Below, in pieces: positions 50,201-59,146 of a DNA stretch of 64,000 nt. Numbering within the stretch: position 1 is the stretch's first letter; each line of letters starts with the position of its first letter. Source of the stretch: an uncultured Rhodobacterales bacterium. Its GTDB lineage: Bacteria > Pseudomonadota > Alphaproteobacteria > Rhodobacterales > Rhodobacteraceae. The stretch lies in NCBI GenBank assembly GCA_964499865.1, contig CAZCPY010000001.1:102238-166237 (forward strand). The letters are read 5' to 3'. The notes below the pieces were generated by a model. The model ran no database searches. It saw nothing but the letters and a program-made list of their open reading frames with translations, and was not told the DNA's origin. Both the position numbers and the translations under genes were made by a program.

Positions 50201-51783
50201 TACAGGCCTATGATGCCATAAACGCTGCGCCGCCGACGGAAGTATTGTCAGGTTTACCGTTACCTCAAGGTCGGTTTGGTCGCCGATTCTTATCTGGAGA
50301 CGTCACTAATCCGGCACACCCGAATTACAACGGATCGAGTGTCTACATAGGTGCGTACCCCTCGGCCAGCATTCCGAACTTTGCCTATAACCAACTGAGT
50401 CCTTACGCAGTAGACGGTATCAATGTCTATAACATCTGGGACTGGGAGTTCAGTGGCTGTAAATTCTTGAATCATGCTTACGCTGCTGTCCGCATATCGA
50501 ATATCGCAGGCGTCAGTACGAAGTTTGTTGGTTGCCATTTTGAGCAGAACGGTGAGTTCGCGCTACTGTGCTTAAACCGAGCCGGCACAAATCCGTTCAG
50601 TATTGCTAGCGGTGATGTTACCAAAGCACCCGTACTTGGCTCAGATACAGGCGGGCCAGGTGCGGGTGCCTTGGTACTGCAGGGGTGTCAGTTTGTTGAC
50701 AATAGCTTCCAGACGACTAACACGCAAGTCATTATTCGCGGTATTCAAAAAGGCAGCCTTCTTGTCGAAAACTGTCAGTTCCTAGGCGGCTATTTGGATG
50801 CGATGCGGCATTTACCTGCAGCCTGTGGCGGCGGTATCGACGTAGGCGACGATGCACAGTTCGACAGTCAAGGAGTCCTAACGCATTGGTACTCTAACCT
50901 TACAACAACGGCCAATCTACCACTGGTACCTTGGACAGATGTTCTATCGCAATTTGTATCAAATAGCACGTGCACAACTCTTCCAGGGACTGTGAGCGGC
51001 AATATCGTATGCGGCTGGCCATATCTCCCCGGTCCGAATATCACTAATCAGCAGTACGCGGCTGTGGCTAGTGATCCGGGCGTGACTCTACCTGGCGCGG
51101 CTGTATTGGCCGGCCTGCAACAGACTGAGTCTGTGATAATTACTAACTCAGTATTTGCGTTTAATCCTGATGATACAGGACTATCGTGGAACCTGCCCAT
51201 TGCGAATAAGAATCCGGCTGGTGTGGCAGCCGCTAGAGATTCGCTACTGCTCGGGGGCATTCGATTCTTACAAATCGATGGGTCTACTTTCTTACAAAAA
51301 TCGAGCCTGTTTGGCATTCGTATAGACCCGATCTTTGCAGGTAAGCATATTAGTTCCCTGACCAATCAGATTGGCGGCGGAGCTGTTCCAAACAGTATCG
51401 CCGATGAGATGGTATTTGCTTATAGCGGGTCGAAATACGATACCAACGTACTTAAATTAACGCTCAAAGGCGCCGGTCCAGTATCTGGTCCGTTACTGGC
51501 GCTTGCGTCTTTGAAGGTTTACCCGCCGACCAGTACTCCCCTTCCGCCTAATTTCCTGATGCGCGCCTGCGTTCCGCTTCCGGACGCCTACTCAATCGCA
51601 GGTCTCGAAGCGCTCAATCTAGAGATATTCGACTCTAATCAGATTCCGTACCCTGTTCAGTTCAATCCTGTGGCGTACTACCCTAGCGGCAACGTGTCTG
51701 TGGTTGAAGTTTGTTCCGTCGTACTGACTGATGTCGGAGCTAACGGTACGCCGCAGGTATATACGTTAGCGCGGCGCGTCTGA
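44272..51783 (+). CDS. giant multidomain fibre/adhesin-depolymerase candidate (2503 aa)
   Basis: 7.5-kb ORF. Ig/IPT-like repeats (about 45140-46670 and 48600-49500), a GNE-containing segment (VGNEIWNG at 47581-47604) suggestive of a clan-A TIM-barrel glycosidase, and a C-terminal parallel beta-helix-like repeat region (about 49700-51300). Confidence 0.8.
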   Translation: MAYTLNGERVQLVIDDNSGGAITEIAIDGVNLVNSANKFRQVQFGLTWSDKTGSFFLSESGNSPAGPAAPPTAELVSAVVEGDTLITTTKLGYPLPSTTTALGSFSVAETTLEKRVTVDYLGNPNIIRLESVFNPAASTKLGTARLLFSASTIDALNRYFYYDPTVLAEPFQISVGSVAPATFSTANDAGIIYSNQNGSLALGVYSRGAISTNVPRRFTLLAPAASPGEGGTGLFAGTMVVAQETQPGSGLSADKFWNEQFVVVGTYAEVASAFKQIFTGIPLSATAPAAGPAAYLSIVAFPLQIATGTTFSVVAQALDENGLVDVSYTQPFSLTSFGPAALSGPNTATPTNGTAVFSGVSATALGTYFAQVTSGSLVPASHTLQVVNPVPVLLFTDPTTFTTSAVPATIGLGGQSFLAGMTARITGTGITTPITVPCTVLTATTATFVPPAEMQVVGTFTISLQNIGSAGLFSNTKTILVSAAPVNPVANELVIDVITTSLTVPASVTLSILAIDSTQFDAASKVIDVDVDGTITLTAQTLPAGASVTGLGAVPMVNGVAQVTLTTNFDGTFVFRADGTALSLGTKDTPEIQIVNPSLITLNSVSPASIPEDSPATTITVSSTQPGLPQGNTTIRVNGLALPTTSVNFNTATAVIPESMLKNPGTLSVDVVSTNPVTTSNSIALTITDVIEPPAALEFTSVPSSAVFAGSPFQVQVRVLDTDGKAAGQVQDLTITVALQTPGSAQLSGYFSKTVNSNIVVFDDLSIDTEGTYVLTATAVGLTSAESPDITISIPAAQIVAINPASVTPAFFSDEGSPAFGLTYWGDVPNQLGINFNFWNIYEDFSYCFRGNLRYATTKAVGFNGDGLGTSPDPVLDSLGWPTVLNGEYATVRLFTGMSVPQLYLDGTNRGLLKAYRPGRYLYEVWTNTGVANPVAYFAGDGDWEQLSSGSLTAPAVYRVTVAEADRTNQGIEMVLFANGADLKMTNLIIYHENDAAYKNQIYWDPELQTQLKHFCRGRDMEVKHLNELSALISNLSQDPALTWATWDGYGPPPSVIVALCNLADLDYHFCIPAAAARNVSYIDYWATYIRDNLNPKLRVIPTVGNEIWNGPGNVEFDTFKSAYVFQSIHAPALGFSSDFTGRLKAQAHCQRLVHDRFAAIFAGQTHRVVNAVETQNGGNGMSIILDHPYGPDGQTLGQRGVEILIAGYFPTGVDTIAWHQYNPAWSTVQKQAFFETVISAYTQAYTDAINSARIIADQVGPGKAYPNCSLGSYEKFFQEGAPSLAAVPDWSAGASYFLGAPVYWQAVGASNKTIHISNVANPTVGTFIPSQWTNTGAIVWEDYTSQQRINATVGMATLKSIDTYRGLIESAVAQWRALTDKCLTIYKLFSRPDSRSGFRSLGAERNEPYTQSTTFTYTGPYAPNQAILNTTIRPNGIIPDPLGSGGSGGQFTLTGLKFRSDTVLTVDGVVTPAVYVDPGLMLFTPLPAQQAVGLHQVIAKNPGAPDSNSVTYEVLSVAPNPEADVGVAVLFQAIEAPNNPTSFHAPETLYLVGAAFDSGFGTDPLSAPSGIDDDYTEATVTWIQKPADTTLTDFSVPLVAGVLGPIVLNTKADGIYQAEVTFTGAGVPDVTGTTGTVTVTNPVPTIDSIVPNLFQATSNPVTLQITTSGFFPPTGANVIINEQIVLSSTTVSANNKSLSVVLPSSVSSAPGIKNVVVTVDNSVGGAPASSNALSFEVTSPPPGVENLPASIVVGPTSYQRLLPAVGPVITSATPLRDALRTIGKYSSVITPDNTQLFTQQVNGENAFEVVEILAGAYGNIIFSTNNNGPHDVAIGAPLSASAPLLIRARRVSGVADKVVIRPSDFTDPIPASIFITGNSNLSFVHWYDVTVFGHQLSCLATDNKLLTPTGVLGNPAQAFRSWKWVRCNFLGNWDPRIVALGSDRFVRAPLIGTSQAQWNAAGVEIIGGDKSSWTTIQAYDAINAAPPTEVLSGLPLPQGRFGRRFLSGDVTNPAHPNYNGSSVYIGAYPSASIPNFAYNQLSPYAVDGINVYNIWDWEFSGCKFLNHAYAAVRISNIAGVSTKFVGCHFEQNGEFALLCLNRAGTNPFSIASGDVTKAPVLGSDTGGPGAGALVLQGCQFVDNSFQTTNTQVIIRGIQKGSLLVENCQFLGGYLDAMRHLPAACGGGIDVGDDAQFDSQGVLTHWYSNLTTTANLPLVPWTDVLSQFVSNSTCTTLPGTVSGNIVCGWPYLPGPNITNQQYAAVASDPGVTLPGAAVLAGLQQTESVIITNSVFAFNPDDTGLSWNLPIANKNPAGVAAARDSLLLGGIRFLQIDGSTFLQKSSLFGIRIDPIFAGKHISSLTNQIGGGAVPNSIADEMVFAYSGSKYDTNVLKLTLKGAGPVSGPLLALASLKVYPPTSTPLPPNFLMRACVPLPDAYSIAGLEALNLEIFDSNQIPYPVQFNPVAYYPSGNVSVVEVCSVVLTDVGANGTPQVYTLARRV

Positions 51784-51803
51784 CATACACTATAAGCACA
51801 CAT

Positions 51804-53144
51804 ATGAAAAAGGTGACATTTGCTAAAGGCGTTCGACCGACAGTCGGAGACATGAACGCTATAGGAACTACGACTGAAGAGGCGTTAGATCAGCTTATTC
51901 GGGCGCTACTGTCAACCGAGACTGGAAGCGTGCTGTTCGACGCCGCGCCTCCTACGGTATCGGTCCTGAATGATGTGCTTACCGTAACAGTTCCCTCGCA
52001 ATGGTTCGTTATTGCCGGCGCGGTACAGAAAACGCAGGAAGTTGTTGCGCAGTTTAACGCTGGCGCTAACAACCTACGCATCGATGTGTACTTAGTTGCT
52101 GGTAAAACAGGCCAGAACGAGACGAGAGACTTTAACTCTGTTGATCCGACTACCGGCTATCTAATTCAGCAGACGCTTACTACCCAGGTTCGACAAAATG
52201 ATGCGCCGAGAGTCGAATTCGTTACAGGTACGGATATCCTGCTGGCACCCACACCACCTGTACTATCTTCTACGGATGTAGGACGTGTACGACTGGCCAT
52301 AATTAGGTACGTTAACCTATCTAACTCGTTTACGATCGACTTAAACACAACAGAACGTTACGTACTTCCTCCAGGAGCGGTAGCGGGCCTGACAGCGCAC
52401 GCACTCTCTCACTTACCCGGCGGCTCAGACGCTATACAAGTTGCGACTGTCTCAGGAAACACCAGCACAGCTGGTCTGATGCCTGCTGATTCTTTAGTTA
52501 AGGTCCAGGCAGCTATTCAAGACGTAGCTGTGGCCGGCGGTAGTGAGTTCATTACGGTATCGACATCAGTTGCTAGAGAGGTCGAAGTAGGTGTGCGTAT
52601 CGCAGATTCACTCACTATTGAGGATATAGGTGGTCAGCAACACCTGGCTGCTGCCTTTCTACCTCCGAGCCAGGCCGCCGGTTTCTCCTCCTCCGTGGCC
52701 AGAGCTGACCATACGCACACGTCATTTGATTCCGGGTTCTTAGTTCAAGTAACAGAACTTGATGTAACCGGTAATTTAGGTACTATTCTACCCATCAGCT
52801 TTTTGTCGCAAACACAGGGTCAAAAGACCTTGGTACCGAAGCGCATTTTGTCCGTTGATTGTTTCTGGGAGCCCGCGAATCAAACTAATACGAACAGTCC
52901 CAAAGGAGTCCACACTGGATGGACCGCTATTAACACTTCAGGTACGAACGCTACGGTAGGCGCTAGGGCGTTGATAACTGGCCCGTCTACATTTGAGATA
53001 GAGATTGGCGAGCTAGGAGTGACGTTCTTGTCAGCTGCAACGAAGAATAAGGTAGCGTCTCCCGAGTGGACATCACCCGCATATAACCAAGGTTCCTATC
53101 CAACTAGCGGAAAACTAAGGATCGTGGCCGTTGCGCAAACGTAA
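51804..53144 (+). CDS. tail fibre-like protein
   Basis: 446 aa. Patches HLPGGSDAI and ARADHTH are common in phage fibre proteins. In the fibre operon. Confidence 0.55.
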   Translation: MKKVTFAKGVRPTVGDMNAIGTTTEEALDQLIRALLSTETGSVLFDAAPPTVSVLNDVLTVTVPSQWFVIAGAVQKTQEVVAQFNAGANNLRIDVYLVAGKTGQNETRDFNSVDPTTGYLIQQTLTTQVRQNDAPRVEFVTGTDILLAPTPPVLSSTDVGRVRLAIIRYVNLSNSFTIDLNTTERYVLPPGAVAGLTAHALSHLPGGSDAIQVATVSGNTSTAGLMPADSLVKVQAAIQDVAVAGGSEFITVSTSVAREVEVGVRIADSLTIEDIGGQQHLAAAFLPPSQAAGFSSSVARADHTHTSFDSGFLVQVTELDVTGNLGTILPISFLSQTQGQKTLVPKRILSVDCFWEPANQTNTNSPKGVHTGWTAINTSGTNATVGARALITGPSTFEIEIGELGVTFLSAATKNKVASPEWTSPAYNQGSYPTSGKLRIVAVAQT

Positions 53145-53146
53145 TC

Positions 53147-53665
53147 ATGCACAAAAAAGAGTCAATGGTTGGTCAGCTAAAGGGCAAAGTCGAGCTGACT
53201 ATTTCAACAGAACAAAACGTGGTCTATACGATGCGAAGCAAAAATCTCGTCGTAGATTCCGCGCAAGAAGTAATTGCCGGCCTCTTACGCCGCGATTTTG
53301 CGAATTTTATACCACAATATGTAACGATTGGCGACGGCGGCGATCTTGAACAAGACGCGAAGGTTGACTCTGGCGCGCGCGTAGCCCCCGCATCTACAGA
53401 TACGGTCGTTCGTAGCGTAGTAGCTAAGATTCCGATCGTACAGGTCATAGCGAACGAGGACGGCTCGTGGACATATGTAGCCATCGCGGGAAAAAATGAG
53501 GCCGTGACGCCGGCGATCAACGAGCTCGGCCTAGAATCGGCGAACGGAACATTGATATCACATTTCGTGACGGAAGCTACACAAAACGGGAGGGCTCGTA
53601 AATACCCGAAATCTTCGGCTGAGCACTTAGTAATTCGCTGGACACTTTCTTTTTCGCTTCTATGA
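53147..53665 (+). CDS. hypothetical structural-module protein
   Basis: 172-aa ORF with a 2-nt gap upstream and an ATGA overlap downstream. Confidence 0.6.
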   Translation: MHKKESMVGQLKGKVELTISTEQNVVYTMRSKNLVVDSAQEVIAGLLRRDFANFIPQYVTIGDGGDLEQDAKVDSGARVAPASTDTVVRSVVAKIPIVQVIANEDGSWTYVAIAGKNEAVTPAINELGLESANGTLISHFVTEATQNGRARKYPKSSAEHLVIRWTLSFSLL

Positions 53666-55968
53666 CACAGCTTATATACACGCGCTTTCACGCGCAAGAT
53701 ACTGCGGTTAACCAAAACAAACAACTTGAATACGTTGTCAAGCCGGGTATATACGCTGGCTTTAGAGTTAAGCCTAACGTCGCGCTGCCGTATCACCTAG
53801 ACATCACAGTTGGAGCAGATGACAGCAGTGTGCTGGTCACGTCAGAGGGTGTTAAAGTTGAAGAGACGGAATCGATAATAGGCGCAGTGAAGTTGGCGCA
53901 GCCGGACCCGACTTTAACACGCATAGATGCGATCGTCGCGGAATACGCATACGTACCTAACGCTAATATTCAACAGACATACAAAGCGATTCGCGGCCAG
54001 AACCAACCTGACACCGACTCGGCTCCGACTAAACCCGAGCCTGAAAGTGATTTTCAAGTAGTGCTGGCGTACGTTACCGTTCGGCCATCAAGTAGCGGAA
54101 TTCAAAACATTGACATTACTGATATCGAGCATGTTCCATTGGCGCCGTGGTCCGATGCGGCGCTCAAACCGATCATAGAGCCGAATGACCCCAGACGGGT
54201 ATATGTATACCCCGGCAGATTCATAAGCGTCGATAGGACTAGCCCGGTCGAATTTGGCGGCGGCTACTCACCGATTATTGACCCAGTACTATATCAGACC
54301 AACGAAGTACGATACATTCAGCTCGGTCTGACAGATGATGGGTTGGTGTCGATAATAGGGCAGGCATCATCGGAGGACCTACTTCCGGCGCTGACGACCG
54401 ACGTACTTCCTGTGGCGATAGCGCGCGTGCGCAAGTCGTTCGGCCAGGTTGTCGTAGAAACTTTAAAAGACATACGCTTTGCATATTCTCGCGAGCATTC
54501 TCGCCCCAATGAGCTTCTCTTCTACGCGGACGCTCTGTCTGGATCGGTTTTCAAAGATCTCCGCGTAGAGACTTTTTCGGATGCCTCTGCTGTCGATCTA
54601 GACTCGGTTAAGCTGGTCGGCGGAAGTCAGGCATTCTTGACAGCATCTGTGGATACCGCCGATACGTCGCTAACAATATCTTGGACAGGCCCGACGAAAA
54701 TTCCATCAGAAGACGTCACTATCTCTACCGCGGACGTATTGGCCGGCGGCCTAGCGACTAAGGTTGCACACTTCATGGTGCTGGCAGATACGTCTTTTAG
54801 CGGCCTTAGATTCCAGTATTCGGTTAGCGCGGCGACAGCAGGGTATACTGCAGAGAGTTTCCGTCCGAATGAGATAGTCCGTATTCCTGGCGGCCAAGGC
54901 ACAAAGCTGTTCATCAAGTTCATTATTCCGCGCTCAGCCTTTTCTGCTACTAAAGTAGCGAAACTGTTTAGCTACGGGTTGTTATATGGATTGGATGCCA
55001 CCGTACTGAACGCTAACACGCTTTCTGACCTCGGCATTTCGTCGCTTAAGAGTAATCTTCAAAATCTCATTCCGAACGGGCAGTTTTATTACTGGTCGCG
55101 CCCATCCGTAGAAGGTTCGGTGCCTGATTTATCATCCCCGCAGGAACTTATCTTCCCCTTCTCGCAATCTACAGACGATATCAATGCCGGAGATTCGTGG
55201 CAGGTTACTAAGTGGGGCGGGCCGGCCAAATCCAATCAGATCTCCAGAGTGTGGTACTCAATCGCCGGTCAGCCGTCTAAGACCGCGCTGAAGTTTACAG
55301 CCTCGTCTTCTATGTCTGGACCGACGTATGTCGAGTATCGATACCCACTTCCGGCAGAGCTGGTGGGGCGTACATTGACATTCTCTTTCGACTATAGATC
55401 AGGTGTATCAGAAGCTGTCGGTATTGGTATAGTCGTATATAGATTTAACGGTCTGACACTAGAAGTTCTATCTCGTACGGACCGGGTAGCACTAACAGCA
55501 CAAGGGACTCTTGTAGTTCAGACTGACGGTAACATTTCCACTGAGGCCGCGCAGATAGGCTTCTATATTATGTTCCTGAATACGGGTGCGGAGACGACGA
55601 CTTATGTCACAGACGCGCGAGCCGCTATAGGCGATTTCAACGACTTGCCATACACCCCGGCCCCGAACGCATCGGCTATCCTACCTGCATATGCTGAATC
55701 AGGTAGAAGCTTTTTGTCTTGTTATGCATCAGAAGGCACCGTCGTCGGGGTCGCGTCACAGTTCGCTGGCCGAAAGCTGGCGATTGGGTCAGTAGAGGCG
55801 CGTATACAGAAGTTAGGTACAGCCAATAGGTCGGTCGGGCTGTCAGACATTACACTCGAGGCGACATCAACTAGCGTCGTGGCCGCCAGCTCAGCAATCG
55901 CTGCTGGCCCGGTACTATTGGACGTAGATTGGGAAGTCTTTGTTCGATATGAAGGATCTCCGACGTGA
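53662..55968 (+). CDS. tail fibre / receptor-binding candidate (768 aa)
   Basis: Long ORF in the fibre operon. The C-terminal third looks like a beta-sandwich by composition only. Confidence 0.6.
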   Translation: MTQLIYTRFHAQDTAVNQNKQLEYVVKPGIYAGFRVKPNVALPYHLDITVGADDSSVLVTSEGVKVEETESIIGAVKLAQPDPTLTRIDAIVAEYAYVPNANIQQTYKAIRGQNQPDTDSAPTKPEPESDFQVVLAYVTVRPSSSGIQNIDITDIEHVPLAPWSDAALKPIIEPNDPRRVYVYPGRFISVDRTSPVEFGGGYSPIIDPVLYQTNEVRYIQLGLTDDGLVSIIGQASSEDLLPALTTDVLPVAIARVRKSFGQVVVETLKDIRFAYSREHSRPNELLFYADALSGSVFKDLRVETFSDASAVDLDSVKLVGGSQAFLTASVDTADTSLTISWTGPTKIPSEDVTISTADVLAGGLATKVAHFMVLADTSFSGLRFQYSVSAATAGYTAESFRPNEIVRIPGGQGTKLFIKFIIPRSAFSATKVAKLFSYGLLYGLDATVLNANTLSDLGISSLKSNLQNLIPNGQFYYWSRPSVEGSVPDLSSPQELIFPFSQSTDDINAGDSWQVTKWGGPAKSNQISRVWYSIAGQPSKTALKFTASSSMSGPTYVEYRYPLPAELVGRTLTFSFDYRSGVSEAVGIGIVVYRFNGLTLEVLSRTDRVALTAQGTLVVQTDGNISTEAAQIGFYIMFLNTGAETTTYVTDARAAIGDFNDLPYTPAPNASAILPAYAESGRSFLSCYASEGTVVGVASQFAGRKLAIGSVEARIQKLGTANRSVGLSDITLEATSTSVVAASSAIAAGPVLLDVDWEVFVRYEGSPT

Positions 55969-55980
55969 TAAAATACAAGT

Positions 55981-56541
55981 ATGCCGAAAATCGTATCTCA
56001 GCGCAGCGGATCGACTCCCCTGCCTAATTTTTACTCTAAGATTACCACCGCGGGAGACGCCAGTCGATTCATCGGCTCGGAAACTGGCCGGCGCGAGATT
56101 CATGTCGTTGCATCAGATGCTAATGGTGACGCCTTAGTCGATCTTGACTTAGAATACTTAGTAGGTCAAAAACAGCTAAACGTCTTCAGACTTATTCAGG
56201 CAGGTGCGGCATCTTTCTGGTCTAAGTTGTTGGATGAAGAAACAGTCATTTCGTCTCCGGCGTCTGTATCGAACGCGCTTCCGTATTTCGAAGAATTGAG
56301 CTCAAGCACGGTAAGACTCAGAAATCTGCCAGCATCTTCGACTACTGAGTTTCTGTTTGAGATTCCGCACACAGCCATTCCAGCAGAATTGCGCGAGCGC
56401 GTTACGATTCAACCGCAAGGTGGCGGAACGAGTATAGAGCTACTAGGTAACGGCGACGGTATTCGCCTACGCAGCGCGACTGGCCTACAGTTCGTTATTA
56501 CTGTAGATGATGACGGGCACTTGACTTCCACACCGCAATGA
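55981..56541 (+). CDS. hypothetical structural-module protein
   Basis: 186-aa ORF with ATGA overlap to the downstream helicase gene. Confidence 0.55.
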   Translation: MPKIVSQRSGSTPLPNFYSKITTAGDASRFIGSETGRREIHVVASDANGDALVDLDLEYLVGQKQLNVFRLIQAGAASFWSKLLDEETVISSPASVSNALPYFEELSSSTVRLRNLPASSTTEFLFEIPHTAIPAELRERVTIQPQGGGTSIELLGNGDGIRLRSATGLQFVITVDDDGHLTSTPQ

Positions 56542-58013
56542 AGCACTTTGTGACCCGCGCCAAGTTGTTTAAACAGGCGCAAGCTGTTTCGGCGCTACCG
56601 CATCAACAGCGGGTCATAGACCGTATATCAAACCAGCGCCCTGGTGATAAGGGCTTGCTTGTTGTACACGGACTCGGCTCTGGAAAGACGCTCACGTCGT
56701 TATTGGCCGGAAAGGCGTTGAACCGGCCGACTCACGTGTTGGCACCAGCCGCTACTGCCACGCATTTCGTGGGCGAGGGCGGTAGAATACCTGGCATGCC
56801 AAAAGTCACGGCTGAGTCGCACGAGCGTGCTATGAAAAGGAATACAGACGCTCGCGGAGTGATGCGGGACTTAAGCACATCATCCGAGCACGCTGACAAG
56901 CTGCTCGTTTATGACGAAGCACATCGAATGGTGGGTCCGTCACACAACTCTAAAAAACAAGAGCTTTTGAAACTGCCCGCAGCCAAGAAACTGTTGTTGA
57001 CGGCTACGCCGATGCGAAACAGTCCGGCAGATATAGCCCCTCTAATCAACGCTGTTCGTCCTGGCGCGTTACCAACAGATCCGGCGTCTTTTTCGAAGCA
57101 GTATGTGCGTAATAAAAAAGTGAAGCCCGGCTTACTTGGGTGGTTGAAAGGTGTTCGCCCTGGCGAGATACCGGAGATTCATAATGCTGAGAAATTCAGA
57201 TCTAAGATCCAGGGCGTCGTCGACTACCACGCCACAGATAAAGAGCACTTCCCGTCTGCGACATATGAAGACGTGAAGGTAGATTTATCTCCGAGGCAAT
57301 CACAAATTCTTCGGTCGATCACTAGTAAAAACCCGATTCTTCAGTACAAACTTCACCACAATTTACCTCCTGATAAAAAAGAAGTCCGTAACATGATGGC
57401 CTTCTATCAGGTACCGAGAATCGTATCGAATAGCGCCAAGGGCTACTCTATTCATGCCACGGACGATGATAGCGCAAAGCTTAATGCCGCAGCGAATCGA
57501 CTTGTTGAGAAGTCTAAGACGACGCCTAATTTCAAGGCTGTAGCGTATTCAAACTACCTGGACGGCGGCGTCAGAGAGTATAGCTCAAAGTTGCAAAAGC
57601 ACAACATACCGCACACGGTCTATCACGGAGGCTTATCTAAGCGGCAACGTGATCAGGCGAAGAGAGACTATAACGAAGGTAAAATAAAAGCACTGCTCAT
57701 TAGTGGCGCAGGCGCCGAGGGTCTGGACCTTAAAGGTACCAAATTAATGCAAGTTCTCGAGCCGCACTGGAACTCGGCTAGAACGGACCAGGTTATTGGT
57801 CGGGCTATTCGGTACAAGAGTCACGCCGCACTACCTCCCGAGGAACGTAAGGTCCATGTAGAGAGATACTACGGCGTGGCTTCGAGACCGACAATGTTTG
57901 GTCTACGCAAAAAGAAGTACAGTGTGGATGAGTACATTCATAACGTAGCCCAGAGAAAGACCAACTTGATCAAGCAGTTCGAAGACCAGATTCGTTCTGC
58001 CTCCGGCTCGTGA
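56538..58013 (+). CDS. SF2 (SNF2/DEAH-like) helicase
   Basis: Motif I GLGSGKT, II DEAH, III LTATP, V GAGAEGLDL and VI QVIGRAIRY. Confidence 0.8.
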   Translation: MKHFVTRAKLFKQAQAVSALPHQQRVIDRISNQRPGDKGLLVVHGLGSGKTLTSLLAGKALNRPTHVLAPAATATHFVGEGGRIPGMPKVTAESHERAMKRNTDARGVMRDLSTSSEHADKLLVYDEAHRMVGPSHNSKKQELLKLPAAKKLLLTATPMRNSPADIAPLINAVRPGALPTDPASFSKQYVRNKKVKPGLLGWLKGVRPGEIPEIHNAEKFRSKIQGVVDYHATDKEHFPSATYEDVKVDLSPRQSQILRSITSKNPILQYKLHHNLPPDKKEVRNMMAFYQVPRIVSNSAKGYSIHATDDDSAKLNAAANRLVEKSKTTPNFKAVAYSNYLDGGVREYSSKLQKHNIPHTVYHGGLSKRQRDQAKRDYNEGKIKALLISGAGAEGLDLKGTKLMQVLEPHWNSARTDQVIGRAIRYKSHAALPPEERKVHVERYYGVASRPTMFGLRKKKYSVDEYIHNVAQRKTNLIKQFEDQIRSASGS

Positions 58014-58025
58014 TCGCCGTAGACT

Positions 58026-58937
58026 CTAGGTAGGAAGTCTCAGTACCCGCGCGAAGGAATCATACCAAGCTTCGTTTTCCGCGGTTTGCACGAACCCTGC
58101 TGCGTTCTTATGACCTCCTCCGCCAAATCGTTTGGCTATCTGGCTGACGTCTAGTCCGCCGTCTTTAGCGGACCGTAGCGACCATAGGCGCTGACCTTTA
58201 TTATCGAAGTACGTCATAGCAAACGCGTAATTCACGCATAGGCGCGCGCCTACGTCAGAGGCGAACATACCTCCGGGAACATTCGCCACTGGGACTCTAT
58301 AGACTTCCTTTTGATTCTGATCTACCACAATGACGTGGTCTGAAGAGTCCACAAATAGTTGCACAAGACTGTCGTGATACCGAGTCATGTGACCGCCGAT
58401 AGCTTTCAATGCCTCCAGGTCAGTTGCGTGCATCCATTCCGACCACTTAGCGAACGTCTTGTCTTCGTTGGATAGTGCTAGATGAATTTCTTTGGTTCCT
58501 GGCAGTTGGTAGCGCCACAGGTCACGGTCTTCTATATGCGCCAGCAGTTTAGGCATTGTATCGAAGCCGTCATTCAGCGCCGCCCAGGCTAGAGCCGCGC
58601 CCGAGTGCTGAACATCGTACATAAACGGCACTCCCGAAGCTGTAATCTCCGGAAGTGCCGTCACGTGATGATCGATGACTCGCACGCTTTTGGCTTTTTC
58701 CGCCATGCTGCGGAGTACGTCAGCGCGATAACTGAAGTCGACGATCAGTACGTGCTTTCCGGTCACATCCGGCGGCGGCTGGCCGTAGTGACCCTCGAAA
58801 AACTCTGTGGTGTCGAGGGCGCCGATCCGTCGCGCAGTGTCGTAGACACTCCACGCTGCTCCGTAGCCGTCTATGCAGTTACCGTGGTATATGCACAGGG
58901 TCGGACCCTCTTTCAAATCTTGCACTATATTTTTCAT
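58026..58937 (-). CDS. DHH/DHHA1 family phosphoesterase
   Basis: HGNCIDGYGAA, VIDHHV (DHH) and C-terminal GGGGHKNAAGF (DHHA1 GGGH). Confidence 0.8.
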   Translation of the reverse strand: MKNIVQDLKEGPTLCIYHGNCIDGYGAAWSVYDTARRIGALDTTEFFEGHYGQPPPDVTGKHVLIVDFSYRADVLRSMAEKAKSVRVIDHHVTALPEITASGVPFMYDVQHSGAALAWAALNDGFDTMPKLLAHIEDRDLWRYQLPGTKEIHLALSNEDKTFAKWSEWMHATDLEALKAIGGHMTRYHDSLVQLFVDSSDHVIVVDQNQKEVYRVPVANVPGGMFASDVGARLCVNYAFAMTYFDNKGQRLWSLRSAKDGGLDVSQIAKRFGGGGHKNAAGFVQTAENEAWYDSFARVLRLPT

Positions 58938-59146
58938 CTATGTAGAATTCGGTTGTGGTCTGTGATTCTGATTGGCGATGTTTGCAGGTGTTCTTTGACT
59001 TCTTCGATCTTGGTCGGATCTACGTGTGTGCAGCTGTGTGCGGCGAGTAAACCGCCGCACACAGCTAGTAGTGCTGGTGAGAGCACCCACACGATGGTTA
59101 CGTACCGAGACAGAGAATCCGATTTTTCAATGTCGATCGGTCTCAT
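58934..59146 (-). CDS. small membrane protein
   Basis: 70 aa with the transmembrane stretch VTIVWVLSPALLAVCGGLLAA. ATGA overlaps at both ends. Confidence 0.5.
   Translation of the reverse strand: MRPIDIEKSDSLSRYVTIVWVLSPALLAVCGGLLAAHSCTHVDPTKIEEVKEHLQTSPIRITDHNRILHR

Noticed and set aside
53224-53796. 190-aa minus ORF inside the + strand fibre operon.
   Set aside because: It is antisense to two coupled + strand genes (53147..53665 and 53662..55968). It has no independent start signals and is compositionally atypical.
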